Origin: Spirochaetota bacterium
GTDB lineage: Bacteria; Spirochaetota; UBA4802; UBA5550
DNA: 64,000 bases
Assembly (NCBI GenBank): GCA_050298055.1
Contig: JBNKTL010000004.1
Span: 66,223 to 130,222, forward strand
Direction: 5' to 3'
The number at the start of each line of letters is the position of its first letter. The stretch's first letter is position 1. Shown in pieces: positions 20,908 to 29,662 of the stretch. The notes beneath the pieces were generated by a model. It saw only the letters and a list, made by a program, of their open reading frames with translations. It searched no databases and was not told the origin of the DNA. The position numbers were made by a program, and so were the translations under genes.

Positions 20908-20978
20908 GAATGAATAGGCATCTATAATTAAACAAGTATATTTGAATTATTGTATTGTTGATATCATATGGTAAATTA

Positions 20979-21980
20979 ATGCTTCACATTAAACCGGATT
21001 TTCTCGACTGGACCCTCGTAAGACAGGGGTTCTCCCTCTCTCTCGCAAGGCAGGTCCCCCTGACCCTGGAGGGAGCGGTCTCCTGGCTTGAGGAGAATCC
21101 CTTTTATAAAAACATCCTTAACGATATCTCCCGGGCCGCGGACGCAATGGGTGCCGGTTCCCCGGAGGTTTCCGGGAATGATATTATTTTCACTCCTTCC
21201 GGAATATCCGGAGGGAGTTTTTCCCTGGATACTCACCGGGAATCCGCCCTTTCAGAGACGGTGCTTTTTGCCGCCCCTTTTTTATTCGGCAGGAAACAGA
21301 GGACCCTCCTTCACCTGAAAGGTGTCACCCATCCCCTTGTTTCATTTTCAACAAACCAGCTCCAGGAGACCCTCTTTTCCCTTCTGGAACTTCAGGGTTT
21401 TTACGCGGGAGCGGTTTTAAAGCGGTATGGTTTTCACGGATCCGGTGAGGGAGAGGCAGAGGTGCGGATCTATCCCGGGGAAAAGACCGGTTTCACCTTT
21501 AATCCCCGTATTGATTCATGGGAAACACGGGACGGGGGCATTGTCTTTTCCGGGCCCTATATGAAGGATGCCGGGGATATCCGGGAGGTTCTTTCCCATG
21601 AAAAGGGCCTTGATGAGAGCAGGGTGAGGATCCTGGAGGTGCAGAATTCAGCGGGAGAGGGGTTCTATCTTTTTATTGTTCTCAATATTAAGCTTTCCGA
21701 AACCGGGAAAGAAATTCCCCTTGTTCTCTCCGGCGCGGTGGATACCCGCAGGGGGAGGGACAATTTTGAGGATGAGTGTTACAGGACACTGACCCGGCTG
21801 AAAAATTCGGTGCGGGCCATGGATGAAGAGAGACTCCTTCCCGCGGAACTGGTCCGTGAGATCATGCCCTACTCATTATTTACCGAAGGGATTGTTCCTG
21901 AAAAAATTCTCGAGGTTTATCAAGATAGTTCAGAAATTCAGGCTACTGCGGAACTGGTAAAGAGATTTCATTTGTTTTGA
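20979..21980 (+). CDS. Divergent RNA 3'-terminal phosphate cyclase (RtcA)-fold protein
   Basis: IIFTPSGISGGSFSLD, LHLKGVTH and LKRYGFHGSGEGEAEVRIYP align by eye with RtcA (F.P...G...FD.GTAGS; L.GGT; RRGFYP.GGG.V). The EGGGQ.LR motif is absent. Confidence 0.65.
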   Translation: MLHIKPDFLDWTLVRQGFSLSLARQVPLTLEGAVSWLEENPFYKNILNDISRAADAMGAGSPEVSGNDIIFTPSGISGGSFSLDTHRESALSETVLFAAPFLFGRKQRTLLHLKGVTHPLVSFSTNQLQETLFSLLELQGFYAGAVLKRYGFHGSGEGEAEVRIYPGEKTGFTFNPRIDSWETRDGGIVFSGPYMKDAGDIREVLSHEKGLDESRVRILEVQNSAGEGFYLFIVLNIKLSETGKEIPLVLSGAVDTRRGRDNFEDECYRTLTRLKNSVRAMDEERLLPAELVREIMPYSLFTEGIVPEKILEVYQDSSEIQATAELVKRFHLF

Positions 21981-21989
21981 CAATAATGT

Positions 21990-22919
21990 TTGCTCTCCCC
22001 TGCAGAGGAATTTTTTAAAAGTGAGGATAAGAGGATGAAAGATCCGAAAGAAGTTTTTGTTAAGCTGTTTTCCTTCCTGGTCTCCACCGATGAGGACCGG
22101 GAGCTTCTTAATGCCATGGCATCATACGTGTGCCATATTGAGACAGGGGACCGCGAATATCGTGTGGTCCTGAACACGCCCGGCAAGTGGTACCTCCTGC
22201 ACGCGTATCCGCCCCGGGACTCCGACCTGAAACCATCAATGCCCGGGGACTACCTCAAAATTATGCGTCACCATTCAGACCTGATGCTGTCGTTATGCTT
22301 TATGGCCAGTGATGTTGCCACAACACTGGAGAAGCAGGTTGCCGAGGATATTGGTGTCTCTTTCTGGTTTCCCGATTGGTGCGATCCCTATGACTGGTTA
22401 CGTACTCTTGTACAGGATTCTCCTGTGGCCGGTGACGAGGAGATTGATGCAATTGATTTTGTTCTTGGTTTTTCTTTTGGTTGTTACTTCCTGACAGGCT
22501 CTGACCAGGAAGACCGCCGAATGGTCTTTGTGGACCGCGATTCTCCTCTTCAGGGACTTGACGAGCTCTTCGGTAAAACGCAGGAGTCCGGAGAGGGGAA
22601 AGGATCCTCAGAGTACTCCCGTTTTGCCCGAATGGAAGTTGGTTCCCTGTATCTGAAACTTGCCTATCGGTTCGTTGTGGAAAGCATAAAAATTTATAAG
22701 GTTAAACTGGTGTCCGGGGGGAGCCGAAAGTCAGATACCATCAGTGGACTGAGCTCTCTGATGGGGATCAACCTGGAGGAAGCCCGGGACCTTGTGGAAC
22801 GTTCGCCTGTTATCATAAAAGAGGGGATTGAGACCATGGATGCGGCCAGAGAACTCGTGGAAAAACTTGAGGAACTGGGGGCAGTGGCTACGATGAGTGA
22901 TGAGAAAAAATTTCCCTGA
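21990..22919 (+). CDS. Hypothetical protein with a C-terminal ribosomal L7/L12-like domain
   Basis: C-terminal YKVKLVSGG.RK...GINLEEARDLVERSPVIIKEGI...LVEKLEELGA. Confidence 0.75.
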   Translation: MLSPAEEFFKSEDKRMKDPKEVFVKLFSFLVSTDEDRELLNAMASYVCHIETGDREYRVVLNTPGKWYLLHAYPPRDSDLKPSMPGDYLKIMRHHSDLMLSLCFMASDVATTLEKQVAEDIGVSFWFPDWCDPYDWLRTLVQDSPVAGDEEIDAIDFVLGFSFGCYFLTGSDQEDRRMVFVDRDSPLQGLDELFGKTQESGEGKGSSEYSRFARMEVGSLYLKLAYRFVVESIKIYKVKLVSGGSRKSDTISGLSSLMGINLEEARDLVERSPVIIKEGIETMDAARELVEKLEELGAVATMSDEKKFP

Positions 22920-24133
22920 TGAATTCATTAAAGATTGTCTTTATAATACTTCTCCTGTTAACCTGTCATTCATGTAAAAAGGACTCTCACCTCTCGCCGA
23001 AAGAGCTGCTGGGGAAAAAACTTTTTTTTGATGAGAACCTGTCATCGCCTCCCGGGCAATCGTGTGCAACCTGCCATGACAGGAAAGGAGGATGGGCCGG
23101 ACCAGATTCAAAAATCAACAGGGAAACCGGCATATACCCGGGGGCCCTGAAACCAAGATTTGGAAGACGCAAACCCCCTGCAGCGGCATATTCCGGGTTC
23201 AGCCCTCCACTCCACATTGACAAAGAAGGAAATTTTATCGGAGGCCTTTTCTGGGATGGCAGAGCCACAGGCTGGGAGACAGGAGACCCCCTGGCAGAAC
23301 AGGCCATGGCCCCCTTTTTAAATCCACTGGAACAAAATCTTGCAAACAAAGAGGAAGTCATTAAAAGAGTGATTGCATCAGATTATGCTGATCTTTTTGA
23401 AAAGGTATGGGGAAAAGGCGCACTTTCTCTTAAGGAGATTGATAAAACATATATATTCATTGTTCGATCCATTGCCTCATATGAACGGTCCATTGAATTG
23501 AATCCCTTTAATTCCAAATTTGATGACTTCTGGAAAAAGACCGTAAAGGCCGGCCTGGATGTAGAGAAAATTGATGCAGAGAATCAAAACACCTTCCGTG
23601 GCCTTGGTCTCGGTGAAAGAGAACTGAAAGGTCTTGTCATATTTAATACAAAGGGTAAATGTTCTCAATGTCATGTCTTAACCTCTGATGGTACACCGCC
23701 ACTCTTTACTGATTTCACATATGACAATCTCGGTGTACCACGGAATCCGAGGAATCCATTTTACAGGCAGGATAAAAAAATCAATCCCCTGGGGATAAAG
23801 TGGACAGATCCGGGCCTGGGTGAATTTCTAAAAACCGTACCAAAATTCAGGAAATACGCCCGCCGGAACCTGGGCAAACACAGGGTACCAACTCTGCGCA
23901 ATGTTGACATGAAGGAATCGGATAGATTTAACAAGTCCTTTATGCACAATGGCGTCTTCACCACCTTAAAGGAAGTTCTTGATTTTTACAACACCCGGGA
24001 TATTGCTGAAAAAAACTGGCCGAAACCTGAAGTAAAAGAAAATGTCAATACGGATGAATTGGGAAATCTGAAATTGACTGATGCAGAGATTGATGATGTG
24101 CTGATATTTCTTAAAACACTCTCCGATGGATAA
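22919..24133 (+). CDS. Di-heme cytochrome c peroxidase / MauG family, probable lipoprotein
   Basis: LGKKLFFDENLS, SCATCH, GLFWDGRA, CSQCH, VPTLRNV and FMHNG. Confidence 0.9.
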   Translation: MNSLKIVFIILLLLTCHSCKKDSHLSPKELLGKKLFFDENLSSPPGQSCATCHDRKGGWAGPDSKINRETGIYPGALKPRFGRRKPPAAAYSGFSPPLHIDKEGNFIGGLFWDGRATGWETGDPLAEQAMAPFLNPLEQNLANKEEVIKRVIASDYADLFEKVWGKGALSLKEIDKTYIFIVRSIASYERSIELNPFNSKFDDFWKKTVKAGLDVEKIDAENQNTFRGLGLGERELKGLVIFNTKGKCSQCHVLTSDGTPPLFTDFTYDNLGVPRNPRNPFYRQDKKINPLGIKWTDPGLGEFLKTVPKFRKYARRNLGKHRVPTLRNVDMKESDRFNKSFMHNGVFTTLKEVLDFYNTRDIAEKNWPKPEVKENVNTDELGNLKLTDAEIDDVLIFLKTLSDG

Positions 24134-24159
24134 ATTTTAAGCAGAGATTTAAAATTATC

Positions 24160-24438
24160 TTAAAAAATACCCGCCTTTTTCAGTTCTTCTTCGGAGAGTT
24201 CGGTTATATCAATGATGTCTTCCAGGGAGAATCCCTTCTCATGCATCTTTCGGGCATCTTTAAGCCTGCCTTCAAGAATTCCTTCTAATTTCCCTTCAGT
24301 TATACCTTCCCGTTTTCCCTGTTCTGTCAATCTTTGAGCTAATGACGGCATAATTTTACCTCCCGGGATTTCCTTTTCATCTATTATGTCGGCCAGTTTT
24401 TCAAAACTGATGCCCTTTACATGCATTATGTAGGTCAT
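24160..24438 (-). pseudogene. Rpn (recombination-promoting nuclease / Transposase_31) C-terminal remnant; possible stand-alone RpnS-like ORF at 24160..24351
   Basis: IMPSLAQRLTEQGKREGITEGKLEG...ARKMHEKGFSLEDIIDITELS is the typical Rpn tail. No nuclease domain lies upstream. GGAGG precedes the ATG at 24351. Confidence 0.7.
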
Positions 24439-24622
24439 ATCCTCGCCGGTTTCGGCATGCGGTTTTAATGATGAGTTGAGTTTAACCTGTCAGGCAACAT
24501 CTTAATAGCCCAAAAAAAGCAAAATATTTCGAGAATATTCTTGATGACATTACCCTTCTGAGAAAAATGGAATTGCAGATAATAATAAAAAAGAAACAGG
24601 ATGTTATTAAAAAGGGTATTCC

Positions 24623-26296
24623 ATGTTTGACTATATTGTAATAGGTTCAGGTTTTGGGGGAAGTGTTTCCGCCATGCGGCTTTCTCAAAAGGGTTATAAG
24701 GTCCTTGTCATAGAAGCGGGAAAAAAATGGGAGGATGATGACTTTGCTGACCGGAACTGGAATTTAAGAAAATACCTGTGGATGCCAAAAATCGGTTTTT
24801 ACGGAATCCAGCGAATGAATTTACTCAAGGATGTATTAATACTGGGAGGATCAGGTGTCGGCGGGGGAAGTCTTAATTATGCCAATACATTATATGTCCC
24901 GGAAAAAAATTTTTTTAAAAAAGACAGCATTAAAAGACTGGAAAAGAAAAGGCCGCTTATTCCCTATTATGACCTTGCAAAAAAAATGCTTGGCTGTACG
25001 GAAAATCCCTGCGAGACCGAACCTGACAGAATATTCAGAGAAGTCGCAGAGGAATATGGAAGAGAGGAGAGCTATACTCCAACCTCAGTTGCGGTATATT
25101 TCGGAGAAGAGGGGAAAAACAATCCTGACCCCTATTTCATGGGAGAAGGGCCTGGGCGCACAGGATGTGAGCTATGCGGAGCCTGCATGACCGGCTGCAA
25201 AAAGAACGCAAAGAACACACTTGTAAAAAATTATCTCTACTTTGCGCAGAAATTCGGCACTGAGATAATCCCGGAGCGGAAGGTTATTGATATTGTTCCC
25301 CTTTCCGAAGAGGGAGATGATGGATATGAGGTGACAACTGTCCGCACCACCGGCCTTTTCGGGGCCTTTCATCGGGAAACATTTAAAACCAAAGGAGTGG
25401 TTTTTTCAGCCGGAACCCTTGGTACTCTTTCCCTTTTATTGAAATTAAAACAAACAGGAAGACTTCCAAAGCTGCCTGATACAATCGGCAAAGAGGTCCG
25501 TACAAATAGCGAAGTCATTGCCGCGGCACGGTCCAAGAGAAGAAAAGCAGATTTCTCAAAGGGGGTGGCAATAACATCAAGTGTCTATCCCGATGAAAAA
25601 ACCCATATTGAACCGGCCCGATATGGACGGGGCAATGATATTATGGCATTTTTAAATGTCCTGATGACCGATGGGGGAGGTAAAATTCCCCGGCAGCTGC
25701 GTTATCTCGGAAACATTATAAAGCACCCTCTGCTTTTCCTCCGGACTCTTAATCCTTTTGGCTATGCTCATCAGGCAATTTTCATCCTTGCCATGCAGAC
25801 CCATGATAATTACATTGACATCCTGCGTAAACGGCGCATCCTCTGGCCCTTCAGCAAATCACTTACCAATGTCCAGGCCACTGAAAAGAAAAATCCTGCA
25901 TATATCCCCATCGCAAATGATTTTACCCGAAGAGTCGCCAGACGGATAAATGGATTTGCTGCAAATGCAATAACCGAGGTGTATATGAACGCTCCGATTA
26001 CAGCCCATATTATGGGAGGCTGTTCAATAGGCCGTACATCTGAATCGGGAGTAATTGATGAGCAAAACAGGATAAAGGGTTATCATAACTTTCTGGTCAA
26101 TGACGGTTCCCAGATACCTGAAAATCTTGGTGTAAACCCCGCACTTTCAATTACTGCATTCTCTGAGCGTGCAATGTCCTTTATTCCGGTAAAACCGGGA
26201 GAAAAAATCAAATTATTGAAAGTTGAAAAAAAATGGAAGATCAAGGACATTATAAATCCTCCAAAGAATACCTCAAAGTCAAAACAGAAAGGCTGA
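24623..26296 (+). CDS. GMC oxidoreductase, cholesterol oxidase ChoD-like
   Basis: IGSGFGGSV, GVGGGSLNYAN, CELCGACMTGC, TAHIMGGC and NLGVNPALSITA. Confidence 0.88.
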   Translation: MFDYIVIGSGFGGSVSAMRLSQKGYKVLVIEAGKKWEDDDFADRNWNLRKYLWMPKIGFYGIQRMNLLKDVLILGGSGVGGGSLNYANTLYVPEKNFFKKDSIKRLEKKRPLIPYYDLAKKMLGCTENPCETEPDRIFREVAEEYGREESYTPTSVAVYFGEEGKNNPDPYFMGEGPGRTGCELCGACMTGCKKNAKNTLVKNYLYFAQKFGTEIIPERKVIDIVPLSEEGDDGYEVTTVRTTGLFGAFHRETFKTKGVVFSAGTLGTLSLLLKLKQTGRLPKLPDTIGKEVRTNSEVIAAARSKRRKADFSKGVAITSSVYPDEKTHIEPARYGRGNDIMAFLNVLMTDGGGKIPRQLRYLGNIIKHPLLFLRTLNPFGYAHQAIFILAMQTHDNYIDILRKRRILWPFSKSLTNVQATEKKNPAYIPIANDFTRRVARRINGFAANAITEVYMNAPITAHIMGGCSIGRTSESGVIDEQNRIKGYHNFLVNDGSQIPENLGVNPALSITAFSERAMSFIPVKPGEKIKLLKVEKKWKIKDIINPPKNTSKSKQKG

Positions 26297-26319
26297 TTTA
26301 TGAAATAAAATTATTTCCA

Positions 26320-26570
26320 TGGTTGGATATGAAATTCCCCAGGCTGTAGAAGATATAAGCTGCCCTGCCGTCTTTCCCTGCGATTTTCTCCACCGGTTGA
26401 AGGATATGGGGATGGTGCCTGATGACCAGGTCCACACCTGTTTGAGGATAAGTGTTACAGGACTCTGATCCGGTTGAACAATTCAGTACGGGCTATGGAT
26501 AAAGAGAGCCTCCTTTCCGTGGAACTGGTCCGTGAGATCGAGGCCACGGCGGAACTGGTTAAAACGATTA
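26320..26570. repeat. Mosaic of duplicated fragments of neighbouring genes
   Basis: 26320..26440 matches 27400..27520 (capA-like; 5 mismatches). 26441..26539 matches 21765..21863 (rtcA-like; 12 mismatches). About 26541..26570 resembles 21940..21968. Confidence 0.9.
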
Positions 26571-27023
26571 TATAGAACTATGTGTGCATATGTTCAGAAA
26601 ATAAGAAAAAACCGTCATAACGAGAATAATAGTAAGGTTTTAATTTAAATCCCATATGTATCACTTATTATAAGCACTATAATTGCTAATATATACAATA
26701 CATAATATATGTCAAATAATTTATAAAATGTTTAAAAATAGTTGAGTTTTTCCCGCTGGTAACGGTAATCCCACACGTATTTTTCTCCCGGCAGGCATGT
26801 CGTCATTATCTAGAGCCTCAACGAAGATGCCGGGGGGCTTTATGAAAAAGTATCTGTGTATATCAGGGATTTTTTTCCTTATTACGTTCGTATCAGCGGA
26901 AAGTCTAAAATAAAAAAATAGATGACATTCCCAAAGTAACACCGTATCCTTTTCTGAAAAGGTCCTGAGAACTTTTTTTTGTGTATTGTTTTACTAAACA
27001 GTCAGGTGAAAAGAAGTACCGGA

Positions 27024-28268
27024 TCAATCTGTGAGAGGATTACCCCCGGTCTCCCCTTCAATGATCTTTATCTCCGGGAACCCGCCGTTTCTGAAGAGGA
27101 CTTTTTTTATCGATGACACCCTGGCTAAAAGGATTTTTACTTTTTTCTCAATCTGAATCTTCCTTCTGCCTTTGGATTTTTTCAGCTTCTCCTTAAGCCT
27201 TTCAATTTCATCAAAGAGGGGGACTGTCTGTATCACCCGTTTTCCTTTTCGGTCGCTCCTGATATTTACCGTGGTAATGGGCAGCAACCTGAATCCCGGT
27301 ATAATTTTTTTCTCCTTTTTTGTAAGGACCGCCGTTACCACCACAGAGTCACGAGTACTGGCCCGGAGATTCTTTCCCCCTATCCTCACACTGCTGCTCT
27401 GGTTGGATATGAAGTTCCCCAGACTGTAGAAGATATAAGCTGCCCTGCCGTCTTTCCGTGCGATTTTTTCAACCGGTTGAAGGATATGGGGATGGTGCCT
27501 GATGACCAGGTCCACACCTGCTTCCACGTATTTCCTGATCAGGGCCCTGTCCTTTTCCAGGGGGACAGGGGAGTACTCTTTCCCGGTGTGTAAAACCATC
27601 ACCAGGTAATCACACCGCTTCCTGATATTTTGGATATCCTCCAGAATTTTTTTTCCGGAATAGAAATTGTTTATGTAATAACCGTTCTGCTTTTTAGGGA
27701 TCCTGTAGTTTAATACACCGGTATATCCGATGAATCCAAACCTGATCCCGTTGATCTCCTTCACAACTCCCTGCCTGGCGGCTTTTTCGGTTGAATCAAC
27801 ACCGAGATAGCTCATGCTGTATTTCTTCAGGTGCTCCAATGTGCTCCTGACTCCCCTGTCGCCCTGGTCGAGGATGTGGTTGTTCGCGATGAACATCATG
27901 CTGAACCCTCCCTTCTGCATGGCGGGTATCACGTCCGGGTAACAGTTGAATATCCAGGGAACGCTTTTAAAGGGGGGGGATACGGGGAACTCCATATTGC
28001 CCACGGTGATGTCCGAGCTCTTCAGGTACGCGGAGGTTTTTTCAAAGAGAAAGTCGTATCCCCTGTTGTTCAGGGTACATTTTTTTTCTTTCGATTTTTT
28101 TTCGTGGTGCCGTGCCGCGGTCCTCACCGGCATATGCATGATTATGTCCCCGGTAAAGGAGAGAATCGCCTTCCTCTCCGGTTTTGAATAGCAGCCGGTG
28201 GATAAAAGAAAGAGGAGAGAAAAGGAGAGTAAAGTGTTTTTCATTGGGCCGGATATATTTTTATTCAT
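27024..28268 (-). CDS. CapA / poly-gamma-glutamate synthesis family metallophosphoesterase, probable lipoprotein
   Basis: FTGDI, GNME, ANNHILD, LHTGKEY, HHPH and YSLGNF; lipobox STGC. Confidence 0.88.
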   Translation of the reverse strand: MNKNISGPMKNTLLSFSLLFLLSTGCYSKPERKAILSFTGDIIMHMPVRTAARHHEKKSKEKKCTLNNRGYDFLFEKTSAYLKSSDITVGNMEFPVSPPFKSVPWIFNCYPDVIPAMQKGGFSMMFIANNHILDQGDRGVRSTLEHLKKYSMSYLGVDSTEKAARQGVVKEINGIRFGFIGYTGVLNYRIPKKQNGYYINNFYSGKKILEDIQNIRKRCDYLVMVLHTGKEYSPVPLEKDRALIRKYVEAGVDLVIRHHPHILQPVEKIARKDGRAAYIFYSLGNFISNQSSSVRIGGKNLRASTRDSVVVTAVLTKKEKKIIPGFRLLPITTVNIRSDRKGKRVIQTVPLFDEIERLKEKLKKSKGRRKIQIEKKVKILLARVSSIKKVLFRNGGFPEIKIIEGETGGNPLTD

Positions 28269-28557
28269 GCAAAAATTCGTAAATTAATTTTATCAAAGGG
28301 TGTCTTTTTAATAATCACTTTTACATTTTATGCATAAAATATGTCAAGAGGTATTGTTTTTAAGAGAGGTTCCGGAAATATATTCTTCCTTGGGATTTCG
28401 AACTTGTACTTTAAGATATGTCGAACTCCAGGTTCGAAATATCTTAATATTCCAATAATCACGGGTCCGGATTTTCAGTGACACTCTATTAATTTTATGA
28501 TTGCAAATTAAAAGCGGCTTTTTATATGTCAATATTTCAGTATTTATAAAAAAATAG

Positions 28558-28695
28558 TAACTACTCAGCTATATATGAAATAAGATGAACTAATAAACAA
28601 AATATACCTGATATGTGCCCGCCGCCTTCGGCGGCGGGCACATATTATTGGTTTTTTATTATATATACATATTTTGCCATATAGCTGAGTAGTTA
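28558..28695. mobile_element. MITE-like element with 17-bp perfect terminal inverted repeats and a central GC-rich hairpin
   Basis: TAACTACTCAGCTATAT (28558..28574) pairs with ATATAGCTGAGTAGTTA (28679..28695). Internal ATATGTGCCCGCCGCC-TTC-GGCGGCGGGCACATAT at 28611..28645. Confidence 0.7.
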
Positions 28696-28731
28696 AAAAA
28701 AATAAAAGAGCTAGCATCTTAATAGATCATT

Positions 28732-29598
28732 ATGATTTTATTGAATAAACAGCGAAAATCTCTCTTTAAATTCCTTCTTTGTGCACTTCGTGATCTTCGT
28801 GGTGGGAAAAATCTTACTCTGAATATTTTAAAAGTTATAATTATCGGAACTCTCACAGGCCTCATCTCCTGCGCCACCCTGAATGGAAATAAGAACGGAA
28901 AGGAGATCGAGAAGCTTAAGTCGGAGAACCATGTTATCCGGAAGAGGATCCTTCTTATTGAGCGGAGGAACAATATCCTGGAGGAAGAGAACATAATCTT
29001 CAAAAAGGACCTCAAGCAGAAGGACGCGAAGATAAGGAGTCTCGATTCCAATATGACTTCACTGAGGAGTAAATATAAAAATGACCTGAATCTCTGGACA
29101 AAGAAATATGAAAATATCCGGGAAAAAAATGCCATACTGGAAAAGAAGAGCAATGAAAAGATCAAAGAACTTACGGAACTGAACAGGAATATTGAAGAGA
29201 CCTTTACGAAAAAAGTGAATGAACTCAATGACCTCTTACGGACAAGGGAGCGGATGTACGCGGGGGATATTGAGAAGCTCACAAAGGAGTCTGCTCAGAA
29301 GGAATTTGATCTTTCGAAAAAGATCGAGGAGCTGAAGAAGACCATAAACGTAAACGATGAGAAAATACTCTCCCTTGAAATAAGTATCAAGGAACTGGGG
29401 AAGCTCCTGGAAAAGCAGAAATCCGAAACAGGGGAGAAGGACAGGACCATTAAAGAGTGTCTCGAAAAAAACAGCATGATGAAAACCGTGCTGGACAATC
29501 TCAGGAAGAAGCTTGAGGAAAAAAGCAGAGAGATTGAAAAGCTCACGTCCCTGAATGAAAAGATTGAGAAGAAAAAAATCCCGGAAAAAGAAAAGTAA
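28732..29598 (+). CDS. Coiled-coil lipoprotein (start uncertain)
   Basis: Hydrophobic stretch with lipobox LISC, then a long heptad-rich K/E region. Confidence 0.75.
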   Translation: MILLNKQRKSLFKFLLCALRDLRGGKNLTLNILKVIIIGTLTGLISCATLNGNKNGKEIEKLKSENHVIRKRILLIERRNNILEEENIIFKKDLKQKDAKIRSLDSNMTSLRSKYKNDLNLWTKKYENIREKNAILEKKSNEKIKELTELNRNIEETFTKKVNELNDLLRTRERMYAGDIEKLTKESAQKEFDLSKKIEELKKTINVNDEKILSLEISIKELGKLLEKQKSETGEKDRTIKECLEKNSMMKTVLDNLRKKLEEKSREIEKLTSLNEKIEKKKIPEKEK

Positions 29599-29662
29599 CG
29601 GTGAAGGAGAGACCCGGACCGGGAAAAAAGGCCGGAAATGAAGAGGAGATAAAAAGATTTAC

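Noticed and set aside
26320..26570. Duplicated fragments as a DGR template/variable repeat pair or CRISPR-like captured spacers
   Set aside because: Mismatches are not adenine-specific, there is no reverse transcriptase or cas gene, and no repeat-spacer periodicity.
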